A stretch of DNA of 64,000 nucleotides from Vulcanimicrobiota bacterium (GCA_963833095.1 CAWHWQ010000005.1:352001-416000), one strand, 5' to 3'; numbered from the stretch's first letter, positions 18,838 to 29,203 are shown. Program-made: numbers and translations. Notes: generated by a model from the letters alone, not told the origin.

Positions 18838-19878
18838 GTGATACACCGAAGCTTTGCTAGCGATAACAATGCACCGATTGCGCCGGAGATCCTTGCGGCG
18901 ATGCTCGCGGCCAACGAGGGCGACGCCGTCGGGTACGGCGACGATCCGTGGACCGCGCGCGCGGTCGCGCGCTTCCGCGAGCACTTCGGCGACGCAACCG
19001 GCGTGTATTTCACGTTCAACGGCACCGGGGCCAACGTCGTCGCGCTCAGTTGTGTCACACGACCCTGGGACGCAGTACTTGCGCCCGCGAGCGCGCATTT
19101 ACAGACCGACGAATGCGGCGCCTTCGAGCGTTTCACCGGTTCGAAGGTCATTCCAATCGCGACCGCCGACGGCAAGCTACGCGTCGCCGATCTCGAGCCG
19201 TACCTGCTCGGCGGTCACGGCGAGCATTTTTCGCAACCACGCGTCATTAGCGTTTCCAACACGACCGAATACGGCGACGTCTACGAGACGCGCGAACTTG
19301 CCGCGCTGTGCGCCTTCGCCCACGATCGCGGGCTGCTCGTGCACGTTGACGGCGCGCGCATTTCCAATGCCGCTGCCGCGCTTGGCACGACGCCGCGCGC
19401 GATCACCAAAGACGTCGGCGTCGATATCCTCAGCTTCGGCGGCACGAAGAACGGTCTGATGGGCGGAGAGGCAATCTGTTTCTTCGACCCGAGCCTCAGT
19501 GAAAACGTCGCACTGTATGCGCGCAAACAAGGGATGCAACTCGCTTCGAAGATGCGCTACATTTCGGCGCAGTTTGAGGCGCTGCTTACCGGCGACCTGT
19601 GGCTGCGTTACGCGTCACATGCCAACGCAATGGCGCAACGCCTGCTCGCCGGCGTGCGCGACATTCCCGGCGTAACGATTACGCGACCGGTACGCGCTAA
19701 TGCAATCTTCGCGACGCTCTCACGCGAGGCGATCGCACGCATTCAAGAGCAATTCTTCTTCTATTTCTTCAACGAAGCGCTTCCCGAAGTGCGCTGGATG
19801 ACCCATTGGGCTACGACGGAAGCCGACGTGGACGCGTTCATCGCTGCGGTAAAATCCGCCGTGTCATCCCGAGCATAG
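18838..19878 (+). CDS. Low-specificity L-threonine aldolase family
   Basis: 'SFASDN', 'YGDD', 'GTGAN', 'HVDGARISNA', 'SFGGTKNG'. Confidence 0.92.
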   Translation: MIHRSFASDNNAPIAPEILAAMLAANEGDAVGYGDDPWTARAVARFREHFGDATGVYFTFNGTGANVVALSCVTRPWDAVLAPASAHLQTDECGAFERFTGSKVIPIATADGKLRVADLEPYLLGGHGEHFSQPRVISVSNTTEYGDVYETRELAALCAFAHDRGLLVHVDGARISNAAAALGTTPRAITKDVGVDILSFGGTKNGLMGGEAICFFDPSLSENVALYARKQGMQLASKMRYISAQFEALLTGDLWLRYASHANAMAQRLLAGVRDIPGVTITRPVRANAIFATLSREAIARIQEQFFFYFFNEALPEVRWMTHWATTEADVDAFIAAVKSAVSSRA

Positions 19879-19886
19879 GGACTTCC

Positions 19887-20041
19887 TTTGTCATCCCGAG
19901 CGTAGGCGCGAAGTGCCGCAGTCGAGGGACCGAGAGATCATTGTTTCAGCGGACCCTGCGAGAATGCTCGCGCCGTCGGGAAGCGCGAGCCGCAGCTTCG
20001 GCTGTCCCTCGACTACGCTCCGCTACGCTCGGGATGACAAA
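19887..20041. repeat. Inverted pair of REP-like palindromic units between convergent genes
   Basis: Perfect 19-bp terminal IR TTTGTCATCCCGAGCGTAG (19887-19905) / CTACGCTCGGGATGACAAA (20023-20041); each unit ends in GTCGAGGGAC; a partial copy TGTCATCCCGAGC lies at 19862-19874. Confidence 0.85.
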
Positions 20042-20043
20042 AG

Positions 20044-21276
20044 CTATGCGGTCCAGTCGAACATCGCTTCCCACTGAGGTTTGGGGAAGCGTTCTTTGCT
20101 CTTGATCGCCTCGACGTACTTGCGTTTGCCGGCGCGGTTGCCTTTGCCGAGCATGATCCCGCCGACCAGTCGGTCTTGCCAAAAGAATAGCGCGCGGTAC
20201 CAGTTCTTCTCACGATCGATCTTGCGCGCGACCTCGAGTTCGGGCTGCAGATCGGGCGAGAGACCGAACTGCGTGATCGTCTGCCCCTTGAAAAGCAGGG
20301 ATGAGTACTCGGGCACATCGTGGTATTTTTCGCTGCCGCCCATCATGTTCTGCGCGACGACCTTGCCATGCGCACCGGCATTGTTCCACGTTCCCATGCG
20401 ATAGCGCATTTCGAGGATCGGATCGTAGAAGTCGGCGATGTCGCCGGCCGCATAGATACCGGGGACGCTGGTTTCGAGATGGTCGTTGCAGATGATACCG
20501 TTCTTGCTCGCCTGGATCGGCGTCCCGTCCACGATTTCCGTGTTCATCGTCAAACCGAATCCGACGCCGTAGCAGTCGCCCGGAATCTCCAGGCCCTTCT
20601 TGGTGCGCACCTTGGTGACGACGCCGTTGGAACGAACGAACTCCTCGACCTCTTCGCCGTAGTGCATGTGCACGCCGTCGTTCTTGGCCGCTTCGTCGAC
20701 AAACTCACCCGCGACGTCGTCGAGCAGCCGGTGCAGCACGTGGGGCCCGCGCATGATCCAATGCGTCTCTACTTTGCGCGCGGCGAAGGCCTCGGCGAGC
20801 TCGTACGCGATGAACGAACCGCCGATTGCAACCGCACTCTTCGAACGATCGATTTGCTCGGAGATGGCACGCGTGTCATCCAGGTACTGAAAGTTATACA
20901 CGTTGCTAGCGCCGGTTCCACCGGGTGCCGGCGCCGGATTCGGGCGGCCGCCGGTTGCGATCAGAAGTGCGTCGAACGGATATTCGACGCCGCCGGCGCT
21001 CACGGTACGACCCTCGGTGTCGATCGCGTCGACACGCGTTCCCAGTTTGAGCGCGATGCGATTCCCCTCGTGCGCGGCGAAGTCGCGCATCATGACCTTC
21101 TCCTCGGGCAGCTGCTTGCGCAGCATCGGCGGGAGGGAGATGCGATTATAGAGGGGATACGGCTCGTCGCCGAAGAGCGTGATCTCGCAGTTGGCGTCGT
21201 GCTTACGCAGCTGTTCGGCCGCCGTCGTCCCGGCAAAGCCATTCCCTACGATGACATAGCGTCGCACATCGGACAT
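20044..21276 (-). CDS. NAD(P)/FAD-dependent oxidoreductase (ferredoxin/rubredoxin-reductase-like)
   Basis: 'VIVGNGFAG', 'LLIATGG', 'IGGSFIAYE', 'ETSVPGIYAAGD'. Confidence 0.9.
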   Translation of the reverse strand: MSDVRRYVIVGNGFAGTTAAEQLRKHDANCEITLFGDEPYPLYNRISLPPMLRKQLPEEKVMMRDFAAHEGNRIALKLGTRVDAIDTEGRTVSAGGVEYPFDALLIATGGRPNPAPAPGGTGASNVYNFQYLDDTRAISEQIDRSKSAVAIGGSFIAYELAEAFAARKVETHWIMRGPHVLHRLLDDVAGEFVDEAAKNDGVHMHYGEEVEEFVRSNGVVTKVRTKKGLEIPGDCYGVGFGLTMNTEIVDGTPIQASKNGIICNDHLETSVPGIYAAGDIADFYDPILEMRYRMGTWNNAGAHGKVVAQNMMGGSEKYHDVPEYSSLLFKGQTITQFGLSPDLQPELEVARKIDREKNWYRALFFWQDRLVGGIMLGKGNRAGKRKYVEAIKSKERFPKPQWEAMFDWTA

Positions 21277-21287
21277 AATGGAGTATA
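21274..21287. promoter_or_regulatory. Overlapping divergent -10 boxes for two probably leaderless genes
   Basis: Minus-strand TATACT lies 5 nt before ATG 21276; plus-strand CATAAT lies 7 nt before ATG 21287. Confidence 0.5.
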
Positions 21288-21634
21288 TGGACGTTCGGCT
21301 CGTGCAACTCCTGGGTTCGTTCATCACCGCGCGCAGCGAGTACGCGCTGGTGCGGCTCGAGTGCGCGATGCATGACCCCGCGCTCCCGGCGCCTCCCGTG
21401 ATCGACCGCTTGAGCGACGCCTCCGAGCGAGCGCTCCGCGACGAGTGGCCCGCGATCGAACGGCAATTGGAGGCGGCCCTTAGCTACGGGAAACATTTAT
21501 CGCGCAGCAGCGGTAAACGTTGGAGCGAGGACGCCGCCTACCGGGCATTCGACCGGGCGCTTCGCGAGCTTGACCAGTATGCGCGGGCGATCCGCTGGGT
21601 ACTTACCGTCACGGAAAGCGAGGATGCATCGTGA
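21278..21634 (+). CDS. Hypothetical protein (helical)
   Basis: Clean ORF coupled to the next gene by GTGA overlap; start at 21278 or 21287. Confidence 0.7.
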   Translation: MEYMDVRLVQLLGSFITARSEYALVRLECAMHDPALPAPPVIDRLSDASERALRDEWPAIERQLEAALSYGKHLSRSSGKRWSEDAAYRAFDRALRELDQYARAIRWVLTVTESEDAS

Positions 21635-21861
21635 GCAGCGACGATTTTATGACCAAGGCTATGGAACAGGCACGGGAGTTGCAAGCCAAAATTGCGCAAG
21701 CGCTCGGGGAGAGCGACAAACTGCGCGATACACTCATGGCGCAAGCTCGGCAGAGTGCCGACGTTACCAATGAACAGACCAAGACCGCGCTCGACAACCT
21801 CGAGTCGGCGATGAAGTCGGGATCGGAGTTCCTGCAGAAGTTTCTGCGCGGCGATCAGTAG
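21631..21861 (+). CDS. Small coiled-coil hypothetical protein
   Basis: GAGG SD and GTGA overlap; amphipathic helical composition. Confidence 0.7.
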   Translation: MSSDDFMTKAMEQARELQAKIAQALGESDKLRDTLMAQARQSADVTNEQTKTALDNLESAMKSGSEFLQKFLRGDQ

Positions 21862-21864
21862 ACC

Positions 21865-22983
21865 GTGCTCGCTGCCCTGATCCTTGCCGCGTCGATTAAC
21901 GGCGATGCCGCTTTTAAAGCGGGTGACTTTGCCGCGGCACAGAGCGCCTATGCCGCGACGATCCGAACGAATCCCAGCGACCTCGACGCGGCGTTGGGGC
22001 TCACGCGCCTGGCAATTTATGCCAACGATATGAACGACGCCGAGGTTTGGCTCGGCGTCGCGCACGGAATGGCGCCCAACGATTCGCGGGTCGCGGCAGA
22101 CCGGAGTACGATTGACGCTCGCACCAACGGCAGCATCGACAGTGTCGCTCCACATAAAGGACCCGCCGTCGTCCCATTCGTTCAAACCGATCCGTTGCCG
22201 ATGATCGAAGTGCGAGTGAACGGCCGCGTCGCGCACTTTCTGATCGACACCGGTGCGCCGAATATCGTGCTCGACGCGGACTTCGCGCGCGTGCTCGGGC
22301 TCGCAACCAGCAACGCGGGCCAAGGAACGTTCGCCGGCGGAGAGCGCGCGCAGACGATGAAGACGACGGTCAACGAACTCGACCTTGGCAGTTGGCAATT
22401 GAGCAACGTTCCCGCCACCGTGCTTCCGTTGCCCGCGTTTGGCGGTCCGCATGTCGACGGTATCCTGGGCTCGGCGCTTTTCACGCATTTCCTCGTGACG
22501 CTGGACTACCGCAACGGGAAGCTCATCCTCGACGACCGCAGCCGTTCGGAGGCGTTCGAACGCGAAGCCGCCTCCCAAGGAGAGACGAGCGTGCCGATGT
22601 GGCTTGTCGGCGATCACTTCATCTTCGTCCAAGGTCACGCCAACAGCGGACCGCTCGGACTCTTTAATGTCGATACCGGCGGAACGTTCGGCGTTCAGCT
22701 CACGAAGGCCGCACTTGACGATGCGGGTATCACCGTCGACACGGCGCATCCGCAAAGCGGCATTGGCGGTGGCGGCGCGGTCTCGTCGCTTCCCTTCAAC
22801 GCGAGCGTAACGATCGGCGCGTGCACGGTCGACAGTCTCGACGGCGTCTATTTTCCCGAACGAAACCAGTACGGCATCTTTCCCTTCACCGTAGCCGGAA
22901 CCGTCTCGCATCAATTCTTTCGCAAGACCGCCGTCACATTCGACTTCGTCGCCATGCGCCTGGTGATCGACTCAAAGAGCTAG
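21865..22983 (+). CDS. Secreted TPR + double retropepsin-like aspartyl protease
   Basis: Short signal peptide, TPR-like N-terminus, 'FLIDTGA', 'DGILG', and a second 'FNVDTGG'. Confidence 0.85.
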   Translation: MLAALILAASINGDAAFKAGDFAAAQSAYAATIRTNPSDLDAALGLTRLAIYANDMNDAEVWLGVAHGMAPNDSRVAADRSTIDARTNGSIDSVAPHKGPAVVPFVQTDPLPMIEVRVNGRVAHFLIDTGAPNIVLDADFARVLGLATSNAGQGTFAGGERAQTMKTTVNELDLGSWQLSNVPATVLPLPAFGGPHVDGILGSALFTHFLVTLDYRNGKLILDDRSRSEAFEREAASQGETSVPMWLVGDHFIFVQGHANSGPLGLFNVDTGGTFGVQLTKAALDDAGITVDTAHPQSGIGGGGAVSSLPFNASVTIGACTVDSLDGVYFPERNQYGIFPFTVAGTVSHQFFRKTAVTFDFVAMRLVIDSKS

Positions 22984-24140
22984 CCGATCAGCGCGAGCTC
23001 GACCATCATTTTGAAGCCTACTTCGAGCGAGCGCTCATCGATGTCGTAACGCGACGAGTGTTGCGGCTCGATGCCGAGCGTCGGCCCGCGCACGCCCACG
23101 ACAAAGTACGCGCCGGGACGCAGCTCCATCATGTAGGACATGTCCTCGGCCCACATCACCACGTCGTGCGGATCCACGATGTTCTCCGCCCCGATCGCAC
23201 GCGCTGCCGCAGCGCGCACCACGTCGTTCATCGCGCGGTCGTTGACGGTCGGCGGATAGCCCCACAAATATTCGAACTCGTAGTCCATCCGCATCGCATC
23301 GCACGTGCCCTCGATCATACGCTCCATACGTTCGGGAATCGAGCGGCGGACCTCGTCGCTAAAGGCACGGACCGTGCCCATCATCTCGGCATTATCCGGA
23401 ATCACGTTGAAGGTGGTGCCCGCGTGCATCGTGCCGACCGTGACCACGACGGGATCTTTCGGTGCAATCTCGCGGCTCGCGATGGTTTGCAGCATGTTCA
23501 CGAGCTGCGACGCGCCGACGATCGGATCGACCGTCACCTGCGGCATCGCGCCGTGGCCGCCGCGCCCCTTGAGCGTGAGCGTAAAGCGATCCGACGAAGC
23601 AAAGAAGGCGCCGTCACGGATACCGACCTTACCGACCTCGAGCCCGCTATACAGATGGAGCGCAAAGCACCGATCGACGTGCGGATTCTCGAGCGCGCCC
23701 TCCTCGATCATCAGCTTGTTGCCCGCGGGGCCCTCTTCGGCAGGTTGAAAACAGAAGACGAGTGTCCCCGCGACGAGCTCACGACGGCGTGACAGCGCGC
23801 GCGCCGCGCTGAGCAAAATCGCGATGTGTCCGTCGTGACCGCAGGCATGCATCGCGCCCTTGCGCGTGGAGCGGTACGGAACGTCGGCGACTTCGTCCAT
23901 CGGGAGGCCGTCCATGTCGGCGCGCAATAACGTCACCGGCCCCGGGCGTCCGCCTTTTAAGGTAGCAAGGATCCCGGTCTTGCCGACACCCGTGCGAATC
24001 TCGTCGAAATTGCACGCGCGCAATTCGCGCTCGATGAATGCGGCGGTCTCGTACTCTTCGAACGAGAGTTCCGGATTGGCATGGAAGTGCCGGCGGTAGC
24101 GAACCAGCTCCTCGACCGGCACCTCAATTGTGTTATTCAT
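22980..24140 (-). CDS. M20D amidohydrolase
   Basis: 'RRHFHANPELSFEE', 'LRADMDGLP', 'MHACGHDGH', 'FQPAEE', 'GGHGA'. Confidence 0.93.
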   Translation of the reverse strand: MNNTIEVPVEELVRYRRHFHANPELSFEEYETAAFIERELRACNFDEIRTGVGKTGILATLKGGRPGPVTLLRADMDGLPMDEVADVPYRSTRKGAMHACGHDGHIAILLSAARALSRRRELVAGTLVFCFQPAEEGPAGNKLMIEEGALENPHVDRCFALHLYSGLEVGKVGIRDGAFFASSDRFTLTLKGRGGHGAMPQVTVDPIVGASQLVNMLQTIASREIAPKDPVVVTVGTMHAGTTFNVIPDNAEMMGTVRAFSDEVRRSIPERMERMIEGTCDAMRMDYEFEYLWGYPPTVNDRAMNDVVRAAAARAIGAENIVDPHDVVMWAEDMSYMMELRPGAYFVVGVRGPTLGIEPQHSSRYDIDERSLEVGFKMMVELALIG

Positions 24141-24326
24141 ATCAGTCGACGATGAAAACGCTACGACCGGCTGCGTCGGGGTGTTCGGGGTTCCGTGACA
24201 TGAGCGGCATGGGGCGACGCATACGCTCGCTCGCCCGAGCGCCCCTGCGGGAGAGGATTTCCTTAGGGCCGCTCGCACTATCAATTCCCGGGCCCTGCGC
24301 CAGTTCTCACCCTAGGGAAGTAATCG

Positions 24327-25352
24327 ATGGCAAAAACCGACACGAAGGCCAAGAGCCTGGATCGTCGCGGACTCAGCGACGACCAGCTGCGGCAAATGCT
24401 TCGCAATATGCTCCTGCAGCGACAACTCGATAATCGCGGCTTCCAGCTCAATCGGCAGGGTAAGGTACCGTTCGCGCTGGGCAGTGAGGGACACGAAGCG
24501 CTACAGGCGGGTGCAGCCATGGCCTTCGAGCGCGGCAAAGATATTCTCGCGCCCTACTACCGTGATCTTGGACTCGCGCTCGGCGTCGGCCTCACGTCGT
24601 ACGAGATCATGCTCTCGATCTTCGCGCGCGCTGCCGACCACAACGGCGGACGCCAATTTCCCAATCACTACAATTCGAAGTCGCTGGGCATCATGTCGTT
24701 CTCCTCGATTCTCGCAGCGCACATTCCGCATGCGGTCGGGGCAGCATACGCGATCACCTATCGCGGCGAAAAGGATCGCGCCGTGTTGGTGACGTGCGGT
24801 GACGGTACGACCAGCGAAGGCGAGTGGCACGAGTCCATGAACTTCGCGTCGGTTCACAAGTTGCCGATCGTGATGTTGGTCGAGAATAACGAGTGGGCAA
24901 TTTCGACGCCGCTCGACAAGCAAATGGCGCAGCCCGAGATTTGGAAACGCGCCGCTGGTTACGGTATGCCGGGCAAGCGTTTCAATGGCTTTGATCCGAT
25001 CGAAACCTATGCAAATGTCAAAGAAGCTCTCGATCGTGCGCGCAACGGCGGAGGTCCGACCCTGCTCGAAGGGATGTGCTACCGTTTCCTCGCGCACTCG
25101 ACCGACGACAACGACATGACCTACCGCACGCGTGACGAGGTCAGCGAACATCGCAAAAACGATCCGGTGCCACTTTTCGTGAGCGTGCTCGTCGAAGCGG
25201 GCGTCGTGACCGAAGCCGACGTGAACAATCTCAAGAAAGACGTTTTGCGCGAAACCAACGAAGCGACCGATAAAGCCGAGGCTATGCCCTTCCCGCAACC
25301 ATCGGATCTTTACACGAATCTCTACGAAGGAGCATGGCAGCCGTGGCAGTGA
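24327..25352 (+). CDS. 2-oxoacid dehydrogenase E1 alpha (branched-chain type)
   Basis: 'RQGK', 'GHEA', ThDP motif 'GDGTTSEG...NNEWAIS', 'HSTDD'. Confidence 0.93.
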   Translation: MAKTDTKAKSLDRRGLSDDQLRQMLRNMLLQRQLDNRGFQLNRQGKVPFALGSEGHEALQAGAAMAFERGKDILAPYYRDLGLALGVGLTSYEIMLSIFARAADHNGGRQFPNHYNSKSLGIMSFSSILAAHIPHAVGAAYAITYRGEKDRAVLVTCGDGTTSEGEWHESMNFASVHKLPIVMLVENNEWAISTPLDKQMAQPEIWKRAAGYGMPGKRFNGFDPIETYANVKEALDRARNGGGPTLLEGMCYRFLAHSTDDNDMTYRTRDEVSEHRKNDPVPLFVSVLVEAGVVTEADVNNLKKDVLRETNEATDKAEAMPFPQPSDLYTNLYEGAWQPWQ

Positions 25353-26344
25353 CCGCCGGTACGAAGGTTCTCAACAACGTCGAGGCCGTACGCGAAACGC
25401 TCTACGAAGCGCTCAAGAGCGACGATCGCACGCTCATTCTCGGCGAGGATGTTGGCGCGCGCGGCAACGTGTTTCTCATCACCAAGGACTTCATCAACGA
25501 GTTCGGGCCGCAGCGCATCATCGATACGCCGATCGCCGAAGCTTCGATCGTCGGCATCGCGGTCGGCATGGCGATGGAAGGTTTGCGCCCGATTGCCGAG
25601 ATTCAATTTGCCGACTTTATCTATCCGGCGTTCAATCAAATCGTCGGCGAAGCCGCCAAGACGCGCTATCGCAGCAACGGCGAATACACTTGCCCGCTGG
25701 TGATCCGCACGCCCTACGGCGGCGGCGTGCGCGGCGCCCTCTCACACTCGGTTTCGATCGAAGCGCTCTTCTACCATGTACCCGGACTGAAGATCGTGGC
25801 GCCGGCCTTCCCGGCGGATGTGAAGGGTCTGCTCAACGCGGCGATCGACGATCCTGATCCCGTGCTCTTCCTCGAACATAAGAAAACGTACCGCTTGATC
25901 AAGGGTGAGGTCCCCGAGGGTCATTACACCGTTCCGATCGGCAAAGCCAACGTCATAAAGGAAGGCACGCAGCTCACGGTCGTCTCGTACGGCCTTTACG
26001 TCCATTGGGCGCTCGAAGCGGCGCGCGCGCTCGAGAACGAGGGGATGTCAGTTGAAGTGATCGACCTGCGTTCGATTCGTCCGATGGACAAGTCGACGAT
26101 CATTTCTAGCGTAGAGAAAACGCGCAAGCTCTTGATCATTCATGAGGACAATAAATTCGGCGGTATCGGCGCCGAGATTTCGGCGATGGTCGCTGAGAAC
26201 GCGCTGTTCGCGCTCGACGCGCCGATCCGGCGCCTGTGCGGTCCTGACGTTCCGGCGATGGGCTATGCCGAACCGCTCGAACACGAGTTCATGTCATCCC
26301 CGGCCAAAATGGCCGACGCAATGCGAGATTTGGTGAAGTTCTAA
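25343..26344 (+). CDS. 2-oxoacid dehydrogenase E1 beta
   Basis: 'GEDVG', 'DTPIAE', 'EIQFADF', 'FLEHK'; start at 25334, 25343 or 25349. Confidence 0.93.
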   Translation: MAVTAGTKVLNNVEAVRETLYEALKSDDRTLILGEDVGARGNVFLITKDFINEFGPQRIIDTPIAEASIVGIAVGMAMEGLRPIAEIQFADFIYPAFNQIVGEAAKTRYRSNGEYTCPLVIRTPYGGGVRGALSHSVSIEALFYHVPGLKIVAPAFPADVKGLLNAAIDDPDPVLFLEHKKTYRLIKGEVPEGHYTVPIGKANVIKEGTQLTVVSYGLYVHWALEAARALENEGMSVEVIDLRSIRPMDKSTIISSVEKTRKLLIIHEDNKFGGIGAEISAMVAENALFALDAPIRRLCGPDVPAMGYAEPLEHEFMSSPAKMADAMRDLVKF

Positions 26345-26346
26345 TC

Positions 26347-27750
26347 ATGGCAACCACGATAACCATGCCGCAACTCGGTGAAACCGTCACCGAAGGGACC
26401 GTCGCGCAGTGGCTCAAGAAAGTCGGCGATCCGGTTGAGAAGTACGAAGCGTTTCTCGAAGTCTCGACCGACAAGGTCAACGCCGAAGTGCCGTCGCCCG
26501 TTACCGGCGTGATCACGCAAGTGTTGGTCAAAGAGGGCGATACGGTTCCGGTCGGCACTGCAATTGCCGTCATTGACGAGGTTGGCGGCGCAACATCGAG
26601 CGCGCCGGAATCCGCCGCGTCGCCGCCCGCAACAACCGCCGCCATGGCCAACAGCGTGCAAGAGGATCCCGTTCCGGGATTCAACATTCCGCAGCTCGAG
26701 CCCAAACCGCAAGGCAACGGACACGCGCGCAGCGAGAACGTGATTCCGAGTTCGTACGGCGCCCCCGGCGGACTCGAACCCGAGGCCGATGCGCTAACGC
26801 AAGACGCGCTTCGCGGTGCATCGCCTGCGGTGCGCAAGCTCGCGCGCGAGCACCACATCGACATCCGCGCGCTCAAAGGCACCGGCCAGAACGGGCGCGT
26901 GACGGCAGACGACGTCTTGACCGCATCGCGCCTGGGACCGGCGGCAGCCGTCGGCCAGGCAATCGCCGTAGGAACCAACTTCGGCGCGGCGCCTCCGCCG
27001 GCGGCAACCGCGGCGCCTCCGGCCGCCGGGACCTCGACCTACGCGCAACCGATCCCGGGAACCCTCGTTCCGCTGACGCAGGCACGACGCATCATCGCCG
27101 AGCGCATGGTCGAATCGATCCACAACGCGCCGCACGCATGGACGATGACCTCGATCGACGTGACCGGCGTGTGGAAGTGGCGCGCACGCGAGAAAGATCG
27201 CTTCGAGCGCGAGACCGGCTACAAACTCACGCTGCTGCCCTTCTTCATCCGCGCGGTGGTCGAATCGCTCGCGGCTTTCCCGCTGATGAATTCCAAATTC
27301 GCAGCCGAGGGCATCTACGTCAACAAAGACGTGAACATCGGTATCGCAATCGGCCTGCCGGCGACGCTGATGGTGCCGGTGATCAAAGGCGCCGACAAGC
27401 TCTCGATCAAGGGCCTGGCCATCGCAGCGGGCGAGCTGATCGATAAAGCGCGGCGCGGCAAGATCGGCGCTGACGATCTCGCCGGCGGTACGTTCACCGT
27501 GAATAACAACGGGGCGAACGGCTCCTGGGCCTCCGCACCGATTATCAACGCAGGCCAAGCCGGCATCGTTACCATGGAGACGGTCGAGAAGAAACTGCTG
27601 GTGCGTGAGGACGATTCGTTCGCGCCACGCTACGTGATGAACTCATGCCTCTCGCTCGATCACCGCGTGGTTGACGGATACGTTGCCAGCGGTTGGCTCG
27701 CAGATCTCAAGAAACGTCTCGAACGCATGACGCCCGACGGAGCACTCTAG
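26347..27750 (+). CDS. Dihydrolipoamide acyltransferase E2
   Basis: Lipoyl domain 'STDKVNAEVPSP', E3-binding 'SPAVRKLARE...GTG..GRVT', catalytic 'DHRVVDG'. Confidence 0.94.
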   Translation: MATTITMPQLGETVTEGTVAQWLKKVGDPVEKYEAFLEVSTDKVNAEVPSPVTGVITQVLVKEGDTVPVGTAIAVIDEVGGATSSAPESAASPPATTAAMANSVQEDPVPGFNIPQLEPKPQGNGHARSENVIPSSYGAPGGLEPEADALTQDALRGASPAVRKLAREHHIDIRALKGTGQNGRVTADDVLTASRLGPAAAVGQAIAVGTNFGAAPPPAATAAPPAAGTSTYAQPIPGTLVPLTQARRIIAERMVESIHNAPHAWTMTSIDVTGVWKWRAREKDRFERETGYKLTLLPFFIRAVVESLAAFPLMNSKFAAEGIYVNKDVNIGIAIGLPATLMVPVIKGADKLSIKGLAIAAGELIDKARRGKIGADDLAGGTFTVNNNGANGSWASAPIINAGQAGIVTMETVEKKLLVREDDSFAPRYVMNSCLSLDHRVVDGYVASGWLADLKKRLERMTPDGAL

Positions 27751-27831
27751 ACGGTTCGGCCGGCTGCGCCGGTCGCACGTCCAGTGCTCCGAACCTTCAG
27801 CCGCATCGTGCGGCTCCAATGGAGAAAGTCA

Positions 27832-28485
27832 ATGGCAACTGCACACGCGATCAAAGAACTTCTGCGCCTGCCCTCGCCGGCGCCGCTACCGCTGGGCCTC
27901 GCCTGCGACGGCGATACACTTTGGATGGCCAGCCGCGAAACGCATCGCGTTTACGCAATCGACGCAAAACGCTGGACGGTCGGTGAGGAGGCGGAAGCAC
28001 CGGGCGGTCCGTTCGGGATGACGATGGTAGGCGATGATCTGCGCGTCGTGATTGGACTCGGTGAAAAGGATCACGACCGGTACATCTATCGTTTTGTTCC
28101 GGGTCACGGCTTCAAAAACGATCGCATCACCTGCCCCGATCTGACCGGAGCGCACGTCGCCTTTGACGGCGACACGCTCTTTCTTTCGCAAGCGTCGTAC
28201 CGCAAGATTCTCGCGCTCGATGGGCAAGGCAACACCGTACGCGAGATTCCCCTCGAACGCACGCCCATCGGCATGACGATAGCCGACGGCGTCTTCTACT
28301 TGATTACGGGCGACGAAGAGTTCGAGAATCTCGAGTTCTGGAAAGTCGACGCCCACACGGAAACGCCGCAGATCACGGTGTTGGCTTCGATTCCGTTCGA
28401 TGCGCGTGGTCTCGCGTACGACGGCACGAAGTTCTGGACCAGCCATCGCGATAACAACGAGATCGTCGCCTTCGAGAAACCCTAG
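27832..28485 (+). CDS. Hypothetical beta-propeller protein
   Basis: Repeated 'GLA.DG.TLW/FW' blades; GGAG SD before ATG 27832. Confidence 0.7.
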   Translation: MATAHAIKELLRLPSPAPLPLGLACDGDTLWMASRETHRVYAIDAKRWTVGEEAEAPGGPFGMTMVGDDLRVVIGLGEKDHDRYIYRFVPGHGFKNDRITCPDLTGAHVAFDGDTLFLSQASYRKILALDGQGNTVREIPLERTPIGMTIADGVFYLITGDEEFENLEFWKVDAHTETPQITVLASIPFDARGLAYDGTKFWTSHRDNNEIVAFEKP

Positions 28486-28486
28486 C

Positions 28487-29203
28487 CTAGCCGCTAAACG
28501 GCCCCTGGCTCTTCCCGTACTCGTCGTGCCAATTCCACCACTCGTACGTTGGAGTTTGCGGGTAGCCGGCGGGTGAGTCTTCCCACTCTTCCTGGCGCCC
28601 GAGCGCGGTGAGATCGAGGTAACTCCACGTGCTCCCAAGTGCTTCGTCGCCACGGTTGTTGACGAAGTAGGTGCGAAACACGCGCCCACCGTCGCGGATA
28701 AACGCGTTGGTGCCGTGCCATTCTTCCACGCCGAAGTCCGCGTCAAAATTATCCGTGATCGTGTACCAGGGAAACGTCCAACCCATCCGCGCTTTAACGC
28801 GCGCGATGTCCGCCTGCGGCGCGCGCGACGCATAGACGAAGCTGGTGTCCCGCGCGTGCAGGTGCACGACGTCGGCGACTTGGTCGGCCATCAACGAACA
28901 GCCGACGCACGCGTGGTCGGGCCAGCCCTTGACGCCGGGTTCGAAGAAGGCGCGGTAGACGACTAACTGGCGGCGCCCCTCGAACAAATCGAGCAGGCTC
29001 ACGTTGCCGTTGGGTCCTTCAAATTTATATGATTTCTCGACGGCGAGCCACGGCATCCGGCGGCGTTGCGCAGCGAGCGCGTCGCGCGCACGGGTTACCT
29101 CTTTTTCCTTCACGAGCAGTTGCTCGCGCGCAGCTTCCCACTCTTGAGCCGATACCACCGAAGGCGTTTTCATTGCGAGATCTTTCATTGCGAGATCGTT
29201 CAT
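28487..29203 (-). CDS. DUF899 family thioredoxin-like protein
   Basis: 'EW.AAR..LL.KEKE.TR.RD.LAA.RRRMPW', 'SLLDLFEGRRQL', CVGCS, 'LDLTALGRQE.WE'. Confidence 0.9.
   Translation of the reverse strand: MNDLAMKDLAMKTPSVVSAQEWEAAREQLLVKEKEVTRARDALAAQRRRMPWLAVEKSYKFEGPNGNVSLLDLFEGRRQLVVYRAFFEPGVKGWPDHACVGCSLMADQVADVVHLHARDTSFVYASRAPQADIARVKARMGWTFPWYTITDNFDADFGVEEWHGTNAFIRDGGRVFRTYFVNNRGDEALGSTWSYLDLTALGRQEEWEDSPAGYPQTPTYEWWNWHDEYGKSQGPFSG

Noticed and set aside
21538..22914. Long antisense ORFs (also 20320-21375, 22821-23792, 60736-61500 and similar)
   Set aside because: They overlap well-supported genes, lack motifs, and are expected shadows in high-GC DNA.
27740..27830. Several short alternative hairpins after the E2 gene (likewise 24200-24320)
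   Set aside because: Stems of 5-8 bp are expected at this GC content, and there is no coherent architecture.
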